DNA of 64,000 nt from Candidatus Heimdallarchaeota archaeon (GTDB lineage Archaea > Asgardarchaeota > Heimdallarchaeia > JABLTI01), in NCBI GenBank assembly GCA_019056785.1, contig DXJV01000029.1:59615-123614 (forward strand). The letters are read 5' to 3'. The notes beneath the pieces are model-generated. The model had not been told where the DNA came from and did no database searches. It saw only the letters and a list, made by a program, of their open reading frames with translations. The translations under genes and the position numbers were made by a program. The number at the start of each line of letters is the position of its first letter. The first letter of the stretch is position 1. Shown piece after piece: positions 1 to 8,519 of the stretch.

Positions 1-641
1 AAATTTCCCAGTTAGGGGTATTACAACGCTCGCTTTTAACAGCCCTACAAGAGAAGAGATTCCCAATCATTGGACGAAACCCTCAAAGCTCTGGTGCCTC
101 GGTTAGAGTAGATGATGTTCCCTGTGATTTCGTGTTAGTAGCGGCATGTAATATTGCTGATGTCCCAAAAATCATCCCCCCACTCCGCTCACGGATCCAA
201 GGAGATGGTTATGAAATTCTCTTGAAAACAACAATGCCAGATAATGAACTAAATCGATTGAAAATCTGCCAATTCATAGCTCAGGAAATTATTAGAGATG
301 ATAAAATACCCCCAATGGACCGGAAAGGAATCTTTGAAATCATCAAATGTGCCAGAATCATCGCCGAAAAAGTCGATAAAGAAGAATCATCTCTAACACT
401 CCGTTTAAGAGAACTTGCAGGAATAATCAAGGTTGCAGGAGATCTTGCAGTTACAGAAGGGGCAGATAGAATAAATAACAAACATGTACGGACCGCTATG
501 GATATTGCAAAACCAATAGAGGAACAAATCTTACAACGCTTCGGTTCATATGAAGAAGCCTTCAAAAGTGAAAGTAGAGGCTTTCCACACCTTCATAGCG
601 ATTCGGAAAATCAGAACCCTTACAATTACTGGAATAGTTAG
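1..641 (+). CDS. lon: ATP-dependent protease LonB, C-terminal part; the 5' end lies upstream of the window
   Basis: Frame 3 is open from position 3. The translation ISQLGVLQRSLLTALQEKRFPIIG...SSGASVRVDDVPCDFVLVAACN matches the archaeal LonB AAA+ sensor/arginine-finger region, followed by a Lon proteolytic-domain-like C-terminus. The ORF track only starts at the internal Met at 132. Confidence 0.8.
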   Translation, partial: ISQLGVLQRSLLTALQEKRFPIIGRNPQSSGASVRVDDVPCDFVLVAACNIADVPKIIPPLRSRIQGDGYEILLKTTMPDNELNRLKICQFIAQEIIRDDKIPPMDRKGIFEIIKCARIIAEKVDKEESSLTLRLRELAGIIKVAGDLAVTEGADRINNKHVRTAMDIAKPIEEQILQRFGSYEEAFKSESRGFPHLHSDSENQNPYNYWNS

Positions 642-685
642 AAAGGAGCAAAAAGTAGCGAATTTTATTGCTCCCGAAAAACAAC

Positions 686-1954
686 CTAAACATTCCCGAT
701 CAAATGGTCCAATTCTTGGAGGGCATCTTTTAGGATTTTAATTTCTTCTTCGGTATTATAAAGATAAATCGATGCACGAGCAGTGCCTTCGCTGGGTTTA
801 ATTCCAAGAGAATAATGGAAAGGATTTGTACAATGTGCACCAGCACGTATCATAATTTTGTATCCGTCGACATCGCTATCAAGATAATTTGCAACATCAT
901 TTGCTGTGTCAATATTCTGTAACTTGAAAGCTACAAGGCTATGGCGGTCCTTGACATTCTTTGGTCCAATAATTTCTATCCCGGGGATGTCTTTTAAGGC
1001 ATTAAAGAGTTTCTGAGTTAAGAGAGTCTCGTGTTTCTCGATATTTTCCATCCCAATACTCTCGAGATAATCTATTGCCGCTCCTGCACCGATTTCCCCG
1101 GCATAATTTTGAAGGCCAGCTTCGAACTTGTGGGGTGGTTCAAGATAGGTAGGAATTATTTCACCATGTTCATATTTTACGTCCTTAATAGTGTCGCCAC
1201 CAACAAGAAAAGAGTCCATTTCTTTCAAGAGATACTCTTTACCATAAAGAAAACCAACTCCTGTTGGTCCAAGGGCTTTGTGCATACTAACGGCAGAGAA
1301 GTCCACATCTGATTTCTGAACATCCATTTTTCGATGGGGGAAGTATTGGGCATCATCTGAAATAACAAGCGCATCATGGTCATGTGCAAGTTTAATGATA
1401 TCCTCGAGTGGGGCAGTTGTTCCGCTCACATTTGAAGTATGAACGATAGAAATCAAGCGTGTTTTTTTGGTAATGGCTTTTTCAAAGTCCTCGAGAGAAA
1501 ACAACCCTTCATCTGATGCGTCCACAATTTTCAGCTTCAAGTTTTTCTTTTTCATTATTTTATGAAAAGGGAGAACGCCGCTATGGTGTTCCAGATTTGT
1601 TGTAATGATTTCTTCGCCCTCTTCAAAATGCAATGAATTTGCAACTAAGTTAATAGCTTCAGTGGTGTTTCGCACCCAAATAATCTCATTTACTGAACGA
1701 CTATTAATATGCTTGGCAATTTTTTCACGTGCAGCATTTCGTAAATCAGTGGTTTCCCGTGCGAGGGCATGAATTGAACGACCCCCACAAGCCCCGAGCT
1801 GTGTGTAATAATAAGTAATTGCGTCGGTTACTTGTTGAGGTTTGAGAGCCATACAAGCACTATCTAAATAAATAATCTCTTTTCCATCGATTTTTCGCTG
1901 CAAAGTGGGAAAATCAGCTCTTATTTTGGACCAGTCAACCATTAAATTCACCAA
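686..1954 (-). CDS. sufS: Cysteine desulfurase, SufS/CsdA-like class V aminotransferase
   Basis: 422 aa. PLP-lysine motif SMHKALGPTGVGFLYGK and active-site Cys motif RAGAHCTNP, as in group II SufS. Confidence 0.85.
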   Translation of the reverse strand: MVNLMVDWSKIRADFPTLQRKIDGKEIIYLDSACMALKPQQVTDAITYYYTQLGACGGRSIHALARETTDLRNAAREKIAKHINSRSVNEIIWVRNTTEAINLVANSLHFEEGEEIITTNLEHHSGVLPFHKIMKKKNLKLKIVDASDEGLFSLEDFEKAITKKTRLISIVHTSNVSGTTAPLEDIIKLAHDHDALVISDDAQYFPHRKMDVQKSDVDFSAVSMHKALGPTGVGFLYGKEYLLKEMDSFLVGGDTIKDVKYEHGEIIPTYLEPPHKFEAGLQNYAGEIGAGAAIDYLESIGMENIEKHETLLTQKLFNALKDIPGIEIIGPKNVKDRHSLVAFKLQNIDTANDVANYLDSDVDGYKIMIRAGAHCTNPFHYSLGIKPSEGTARASIYLYNTEEEIKILKDALQELDHLIGNV

Positions 1955-2045
1955 ATAATTGTTTTGAATTATTGTAGTTGTGTAAACTTTTACATTCTTT
2001 AAAATTGTTTTTACTTATAACCGAAAAACATTTGAGGACTGAAAA

Positions 2046-2249
2046 GTGCTGAAAGGAATAGCAAAATGTGCTCTTTGTGGTCAAACATTCCCTCGAGACG
2101 AACTAATTGTTTATCATTTTCCGACAGGACCTAAATTGGTCTGCAAAGAATGCCTTCAAAAGCTCCCACGTGACCCCTCTAGAACTATAAAACGCCCAAA
2201 TGGCAAAACAAGAAGGCCAACAGATGATTTCTTTCCCCCAGTGGAATAA
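2046..2249 (+). CDS. Small zinc-ribbon protein (CxxC...CxxC)
   Basis: 67 aa with CALCGQ...CKEC. Intergenic placement between divergent genes. Confidence 0.35.
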   Translation: MLKGIAKCALCGQTFPRDELIVYHFPTGPKLVCKECLQKLPRDPSRTIKRPNGKTRRPTDDFFPPVE

Positions 2250-2267
2250 TTAGAGAAATAACAACAA

Positions 2268-4496
2268 TTATTCTTTCAAAAGAGGGGCAATCGTTTCATG
2301 AATTGCTAAAAGTTTCTTATTTTCAGGGTACTGGATTGTTAGGCCCTTGAGTTCCATTGCCAGAGAATTTAGATAAGTAGAGCGCATTAAATTCGATTCC
2401 TCAATAATAATATTAGTTAGGGCACGTGCAAGCTCTATTTGAATGGTTTCATTCTTTGGGAGTGCTTTTAACAACTTACGCAAAGCTTCAAGAAGTTCTT
2501 CCACGAGCTCAAATTTGTTTTGTTTGTAAGCCAAGACGATTACTCGCCGTGTGGAGCGTGCCAACACTTCCTGCACAGACTCTTCTTGTTCAAGAGGGCC
2601 ACATAAAGAGCGCATTTCATTTAACATACTAATACAATGATTAAGGTTAGAATGATTCACTTCTAAACGAATGCTGTGTGCTAACCCCTTTACGAGTTGC
2701 TCCTGAACAACAGTTAAGGAAGGAAAGAGAAGAGTTATTTCACGCAATTCATCAAGATAGAGATTCATCTCATTTACCCGGTCATTTTTTCCAAAAGCGC
2801 TCACAATGTTTACAAGTGCCTTTGCGAAAAGAATTTGCAAATCGAGATTATATTGATCCTCATAGAGCCACTCTTTCAAGTTGATATAGAGACGAGTTAC
2901 TTTTTCCAGGTCACCAATATCACCATACACCTTAATAGCATCAACATAGGCTTTTCCTAATCTGAGTGTGATTTCAATATTTTCAGCACTAGTTTCGAAA
3001 TCCTCAAATCGCGAAAGTAGTGCCTCCATTTCAGGTATTTTTGCTTGTAAACCATAAAAGCGGACGGCATTTACCAGGCATTGAGAATAACTAATAACAA
3101 TACCCTCCTCAATATCAAACCTTTCGGTGAGGGATTCTGCCTTCGACAGATAGGTATTGATAAGCTCCTCTTCATCTGAAATCTCCCCAAGAAGATAAAT
3201 AACGTTCACAAGAGCTTGCGCAAAATATCTGGCAATTTCAACTACTGTTTGGTTTTGAAGATAGAACTCTTCAATCTGTTCGATTACTTTGAGCATGAGC
3301 TTTACATTTGTTGTTGAGATTAATTCTTTAGTAATGTTAAATAGTCCCCGGGTAGCAAGAAGTTTGAAAGAGCGCTCCTCCGGGAAACGTGCAAGAATCT
3401 CATTGACACGATACAATAGATTTATTGTTAAACCAAAATTTCTGAATGAGCAGAGCCAGAGGGCAGCTTGATTGACTCCCATTATTGCCATTGACTGTAT
3501 TTTCTTAATTGTTGGTGATTCATCTGCTAATTTGAGTAATTGATTGACAAGAATTAAAATGCTGGGGAGATCGTTAATCGCGCCACAATAATCAAGGGCA
3601 AGACGAAAACCATCTGCAACAAGAATTTTTAATTCACTGTTGTCTGCGTGTTTCTCAACAATTTCTAGGAGCTCATTTAAAGTCACCATCATTTCATCGA
3701 ACTCTTCTAGTTCCCCAAACCAATGAATGGCACTGATCAATCCTTTTGAATAGTAAAGAGTGAAATCTTCATCAATACATTTCTGCAATCTCGCGTGAAG
3801 TTCTCTCATAATCTTTAAAGAGCGCTTCATAGAATTGGTTTCGTGCATATCACCATAATTTTCAATTTCGATTGCCAACCCTTTGAGTAAGAGCGTTGCT
3901 AAAAAGCCTGAAACTTCAAGAGGAGGCAACAAGCCGCGCAAAATGATATCAAACTCTTTTGCTTTTTCAACATTCCAATCTTCCCCGAATCCTTTTATTG
4001 CAATGATGATTGCCTCAGAAGCAATTGAGCGAATAATATTATTGTCAAGATTCTCGATTGCTTTGTTTACAAGATAAATTACATATTCTTCTAAGATTTC
4101 AAAGGCTTCGTTTCTTACGAAAGTTTCCAAGATAAGAATTATGGGGTCATCTATTGCCATGAGGAAGTTGTTGTCGTCCTGGAATTCTTCGAGAAACGCG
4201 AGTAAAATTTCGAGCAAGTTAATAAAAAAGTCCGGGTCAAAGTCTTCTTCTGCTTTGTGGATGAGTTCTGAGAAGCCGTCCATTAATTGATAAAAGAACT
4301 CGGCATTTTTTCTCTCTGAGTCAAAGAGCGCCAGTAATTGTTCAAGGAATATTGGGAGCTCGCCAATTTTCTCTAATGGCAACTGTTTAATTTCGTCAAT
4401 AAGGTTCTGAATTTGAGAAAAAACCTTCGGTTGAGAAGAAGAAGGAGTTTGCTCTACTTCCTTTTCTTCCGGAAACAAAACTTTTTTCTCAGGCAT
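2268..4496 (-). CDS. Large all-alpha TPR-like helical-repeat protein
   Basis: 742 aa. Recurrent ~40-50 aa repeats carrying [YF]xxALVNx[IV]xxxG (YFAQALVNVIYLLG, YSQCLVNAVRFYG, FAKALVNIVSAFG, LGKAYVDAIKVYG). No catalytic motif seen. Confidence 0.6.
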   Translation of the reverse strand: MPEKKVLFPEEKEVEQTPSSSQPKVFSQIQNLIDEIKQLPLEKIGELPIFLEQLLALFDSERKNAEFFYQLMDGFSELIHKAEEDFDPDFFINLLEILLAFLEEFQDDNNFLMAIDDPIILILETFVRNEAFEILEEYVIYLVNKAIENLDNNIIRSIASEAIIIAIKGFGEDWNVEKAKEFDIILRGLLPPLEVSGFLATLLLKGLAIEIENYGDMHETNSMKRSLKIMRELHARLQKCIDEDFTLYYSKGLISAIHWFGELEEFDEMMVTLNELLEIVEKHADNSELKILVADGFRLALDYCGAINDLPSILILVNQLLKLADESPTIKKIQSMAIMGVNQAALWLCSFRNFGLTINLLYRVNEILARFPEERSFKLLATRGLFNITKELISTTNVKLMLKVIEQIEEFYLQNQTVVEIARYFAQALVNVIYLLGEISDEEELINTYLSKAESLTERFDIEEGIVISYSQCLVNAVRFYGLQAKIPEMEALLSRFEDFETSAENIEITLRLGKAYVDAIKVYGDIGDLEKVTRLYINLKEWLYEDQYNLDLQILFAKALVNIVSAFGKNDRVNEMNLYLDELREITLLFPSLTVVQEQLVKGLAHSIRLEVNHSNLNHCISMLNEMRSLCGPLEQEESVQEVLARSTRRVIVLAYKQNKFELVEELLEALRKLLKALPKNETIQIELARALTNIIIEESNLMRSTYLNSLAMELKGLTIQYPENKKLLAIHETIAPLLKE

Positions 4497-4627
4497 GTTC
4501 TAACACTCGTGATTTTTTTTATGGTGGAGGTCGGCCTACTCTTGAACTTTTTTACCATCAACTAACATTTTACCGCTAAAAAAGATTTTTAGGATGTGGA
4601 TTTTTCAAAAAAAGAAAAAAAGGTGGA

Positions 4628-5047
4628 TTAACGCGCGGTTTTGTTGTTTGCACCCTCTACCGAGAGACGGTAAATGAAGCAATAAATTCCCCCAACAGTT
4701 AGCAACAAACCCACTAATGTATATGAACCAATTCCAAGAAAGATCATAATGATTCCTGTAATTGCCACATCAATTTTCGTCAATAAATTGTAAAATGGTT
4801 TAAAGAATAATTTCAAGCCGGAGAAAAAGGCAAGAAGACCGATGACAATATTAAGTGCCATACCAATATAGTGGAGGTTGGGGGTAAGAAAGGTAAAGAA
4901 ACCAAAACCATCTAGGAATGGCATTAAAGGATTCGTAGCACTAAATGCATAAATAAATGCGCCTAAAATGGAATTTACTACTAAGAGAATTCCACCGAAA
5001 AATAAAAAGAAAAACGCCCATTCTTCAGTTTTTTTCAATTCTAACAT
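4628..5047 (-). CDS. Small integral membrane protein (4 predicted TM helices)
   Basis: 139 aa, almost entirely hydrophobic segments. Confidence 0.45.
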   Translation of the reverse strand: MLELKKTEEWAFFFLFFGGILLVVNSILGAFIYAFSATNPLMPFLDGFGFFTFLTPNLHYIGMALNIVIGLLAFFSGLKLFFKPFYNLLTKIDVAITGIIMIFLGIGSYTLVGLLLTVGGIYCFIYRLSVEGANNKTAR

Positions 5048-5148
5048 TAGTATTCCTCAATGCTCAATTATTTTCTGACCTTCTATGTTAAGCAATTAAG
5101 CGGTTATTAGTTAATAAGATTTTCCAGCAGTAGAGTACAAAAGACAAT

Positions 5149-6318
5149 TCAAGAAGGAGAATAGCTCTCCACTAAGGCAGCTAAAATAGTTTTTGCCGCA
5201 ATTTCCAGGTCTTTCTTTGGAACAAACTCATTTGCTTGATGTAAAACCGCAGGATCACCAGCACCAAAAATAACAAATGGTATGGTTTTTGGTGGGAGTA
5301 AAGCGGCAGCATCTGTAGCATAAGTAAGGCCTATGAAGGATTTTTGATTATTTGTTAGCTTCGTTGCCCATTTGAGCATTTGCTGAACCAAAACGTCATT
5401 TTTATTTGTACTCAAAGCAGGAACCACATGAGTAAAAGTCAAGGAAACATTGAAAGGCTCATTACTCGAGAGCACATCAACAAGTGAGTACAAATCTGCT
5501 TTAAAAGTAGAAATATCTATCTCAGGAATGAGTCGGAAGTCACACTCAAAAGAACATCTCTCTGGAACAATATTAATTTTCGATCCTCCAGCTATTACGC
5601 CTACATTCAAAGTTGTTTTCCTCAAGAGCTCATTTTCAACCTGGGGTAGAGAATCTCTGAAGCCAGTAATGACTTTACACGCACCATAGATGGCATTCAC
5701 TCCTTTTTCAGGCATGCTCCCGTGGGCAGCCTTTCCCTTTACATCTACCCGCACCCACAACGGGCCTTTCTCAGCAATACCAACATGCAAATTTGTTGCT
5801 TCGGTTATCACAAGGCAGGCGGCATTGTCCATATAGCCTTCTTTATTGATTTGAAATGCACCTTTCATTCCGACTTCTTCGTCAGCGGTCCCAATAAATA
5901 GTACTTTATACTCTAAAGGGAGGTCAGCATCGTAAAGAGCTGCCATAACTGCAATAAGAGTTGCCACACCACCTTTCATATCCACTGTCCCTCGACCATA
6001 ATAGCGCCCATTTCTTTCTGTGAAAGAAAGAGGTGGATATTTCCATTTGGATTCATCCCCAACCGGCACAGTATCAAGATGCCCACTTAGAACGAGGGAG
6101 CGGGGCCCAGTGCCAAAAGACAAGAGAACATTTTGTCGTTCGTTATCAAGAGGGACAATTTTTGTTTCAAGACCAAGACTCTTTCCCTCCTCAGCCAAGA
6201 ACTTCGCAATGTGTTTCGTCCGCCCGGGGGGATTTTGGCTATCCATTTCTACTAATGTTTTCGTTAACTCTTTGATAAGAGTAGGATCTACCTTTCTGAG
6301 AATAGAATCTATGTTCAT
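5149..6318 (-). CDS. M20 family metallopeptidase (ArgE/DapE/CPG2-like deacylase)
   Basis: 389 aa. LSGHLDTVP, GTADEE(V)G and GRGTVDMKGG are typical M20 metal-binding and catalytic motifs. Confidence 0.8.
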   Translation of the reverse strand: MNIDSILRKVDPTLIKELTKTLVEMDSQNPPGRTKHIAKFLAEEGKSLGLETKIVPLDNERQNVLLSFGTGPRSLVLSGHLDTVPVGDESKWKYPPLSFTERNGRYYGRGTVDMKGGVATLIAVMAALYDADLPLEYKVLFIGTADEEVGMKGAFQINKEGYMDNAACLVITEATNLHVGIAEKGPLWVRVDVKGKAAHGSMPEKGVNAIYGACKVITGFRDSLPQVENELLRKTTLNVGVIAGGSKINIVPERCSFECDFRLIPEIDISTFKADLYSLVDVLSSNEPFNVSLTFTHVVPALSTNKNDVLVQQMLKWATKLTNNQKSFIGLTYATDAAALLPPKTIPFVIFGAGDPAVLHQANEFVPKKDLEIAAKTILAALVESYSPS

Positions 6319-6373
6319 ATCACATCCCTCAACCTACTTGGAGTTAAAAGAATAAAAAAGTAATCATCAGCTG

Positions 6374-7438
6374 TTAAACTATTGGAAAGGATTTATTGTA
6401 GGTGTCAAGCAATGCTTTGTAGATGTTTTTCTCTTCAAGAGATTCCCAGATCTCTCCGAAGGTTTTGATATAAGGTTTTATTTGGGGTGTAGCATACGGA
6501 TCAGGGTCATTATCTTTTAACCGGAATTGTTCAAATAGGTTGTGTTTGAGATAGCTACACGCCGCATCAACGATTAGCGATAATCGTTCAATATTTCCCA
6601 AAGCAATGGGTTTAACGATTTCATTGTTGAATATATTAGTATTAAGTAAAAATGCACGGCCAACTTCATGGATAATTATTTTGTAATTTTCCAGATCCTC
6701 GCGCTCGTTGGCGATCATTATTTTTTCTGCCAACAAATTTGTTGCAATGGTTGTTGTTGGTTCGACAAGATAAACAACAAACTCCTGATAGGGAAAATCG
6801 AGTTTCAAAATTTTTTTCCAAGCATTTACAATGTTAAGAGGTTTTATTATCTGATTCAGCTGTTGTTGGTGTTGCTCTAAGCGGGGCAGTAAATCGTCAA
6901 ACCAATACTTTTGATAGAAATTAGCCCAAACAATTTGTAATGCGTTTTTCATAAAGTCAAAAGTTTCGAGAATGATTTCATAATTCTCATGTAATTTTTG
7001 AAAGTGGCTTTCAAAGATGCTTTGTGGTGCATAAATTAGAAGATCATCAAAAACACTCCCATAGGTTATCATTAAAGTTTCAAATGACCCTTCCTTTATA
7101 GCCGCACCAATATTATCAAAATTCTGGAGCAACATCTCCAAATCTTCAGCAGGAATATAACTTGGAATTTGGAATAAAACCTCATAGAGTTCAGCGCTAC
7201 AACCTAAAGTCAAGCATTTCTTTGCATGCTTCTCCCAAAGAACATACTCTTCCTCTGTAAGAGTAAAATGATGTTTTAGCCCATAATTAGAATGAAAAAA
7301 TGAGCCATCTATTTCTAAACAAGAAAAGACATGCATTAAAATGTTTGGCGTTAAACTTGAAGAGACGATAACTTCCTGAGGCACTGTTCTCCACTTCACA
7401 AAACAAATTTGTATGACTAAACTTATAGTCATTGGCAA
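6374..7438 (-). CDS. Hypothetical protein
   Basis: 354-aa ORF, same strand as flanking genes. No recognisable motif; HEVGR is not a true HExxH. Confidence 0.45.
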   Translation of the reverse strand: MPMTISLVIQICFVKWRTVPQEVIVSSSLTPNILMHVFSCLEIDGSFFHSNYGLKHHFTLTEEEYVLWEKHAKKCLTLGCSAELYEVLFQIPSYIPAEDLEMLLQNFDNIGAAIKEGSFETLMITYGSVFDDLLIYAPQSIFESHFQKLHENYEIILETFDFMKNALQIVWANFYQKYWFDDLLPRLEQHQQQLNQIIKPLNIVNAWKKILKLDFPYQEFVVYLVEPTTTIATNLLAEKIMIANEREDLENYKIIIHEVGRAFLLNTNIFNNEIVKPIALGNIERLSLIVDAACSYLKHNLFEQFRLKDNDPDPYATPQIKPYIKTFGEIWESLEEKNIYKALLDTYNKSFPIV

Positions 7439-7477
7439 ATAAAGAGTTTATGCTTTTATTCAAAAAAAAGGAACTCT

Positions 7478-7783
7478 TCACGCTTTTTCACTTACAGTTG
7501 TATAACTTAAAATCTCGTTCGTTTCGATACTCACTAAAGCAATTTTCGCATCATTGGATAAAAGGCGGAGATGGTTTTGAATGCATTTTCCATGAACATG
7601 CTTTTTTTCTGTGAGGTCTTCATTAACAAAAATAATCATACAATCTTCTGCTTCTTTGAAACTAAAACCACATAAATAACACTGTTCCTTTTCTTCCGGC
7701 TTTTCAATAATAGGCGCTTTTTGTTCGCTCACAAGTAAGCCAAAGATTTTTTGAGATGACATTTTTGCAATTATAAACTCCAT
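7478..7783 (-). CDS. Small Cys/His-rich hypothetical protein
   Basis: 101 aa. CYLCG...C...HVHGKC suggests a zinc-binding module. Confidence 0.35.
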   Translation of the reverse strand: MEFIIAKMSSQKIFGLLVSEQKAPIIEKPEEKEQCYLCGFSFKEAEDCMIIFVNEDLTEKKHVHGKCIQNHLRLLSNDAKIALVSIETNEILSYTTVSEKA

Positions 7784-7947
7784 TAAATTCTATGATCAAA
7801 GATTTAAAAGTATAAATCTCGTAAATAATTACTAATAAAAATCAAATATAAGCATTCCCAATTAGGAAACAATAGAAAAAAAATGAGAATAAAACTAGAA
7901 TGATTAATATTCGTAATTGAATAGATAAGTTATAAAAATCGATCAGA

Positions 7948-8358
7948 GTGGTAGATGCTATGACTATAAGTACAATCGAGCTCCCATTACTTCTTAAAAA
8001 CCTCAAGAAAGTATTTGGTGAGAAAATTCACGGCCCAGTTAATTCTAATGTTCGAGAATACCAATTAGTTTGCGAACCAGAACATCTTCACCAAATAGCT
8101 AACTTTCTACTTGTTCGAGGTGTAAAGAAACTTGTCGCAATCAACGCCTGGCGAGAGAATCAACAGAAAGTTAAACTCGCCTATTATTTCATTGCAAAAA
8201 TTGGCCCAGATGGTTTGGATTCAAAAATTGCTGTAATTGTTGTTTTGGATCCAGATAAAAAAACACTCGAGTCCCTCACCGATTTATTTGTAAACGCCAG
8301 AATTTTCGAGAGTGAGATTAGTTCTAAACTCGATCTAAAGTTTCAAATAACTAAATAA
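7948..8358 (+). CDS. NuoC / complex I 30-kDa-subunit-like small protein, orphan
   Basis: 136 aa. Segment order REYQLVCEPEHL...LVAINAW...KVKLAYYFIAKI...IAVIVVLDPD...LTDLFVNARIFESEI parallels Nqo5/NuoC-like subunits of complex I and group 4 hydrogenases. No other respiratory subunit is adjacent. Confidence 0.4.
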   Translation: MVDAMTISTIELPLLLKNLKKVFGEKIHGPVNSNVREYQLVCEPEHLHQIANFLLVRGVKKLVAINAWRENQQKVKLAYYFIAKIGPDGLDSKIAVIVVLDPDKKTLESLTDLFVNARIFESEISSKLDLKFQITK

Positions 8359-8519
8359 AATCTCTGTTTTCAAAATAAATTCTACCTAAAATTGAGAAAG
8401 AAAAGTCGCTTTTATACTGCCTTTTGAGTAACATAAATTAATGACTTTTGTCTTTATGTTAATAGATATTATATTAAACAATATATTTCTAACAAACAAA
8501 CCAAAAAGGTTGGTTACTC

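Noticed and set aside
1031-1312. 93-aa plus-strand ORF inside the cysteine desulfurase gene, plus similar internal antisense ORFs in other genes (e.g. 19150..19389, 23194..23682, 35829..36254)
   Set aside because: They are fully contained in well-supported genes on the opposite strand and show no conserved motifs.
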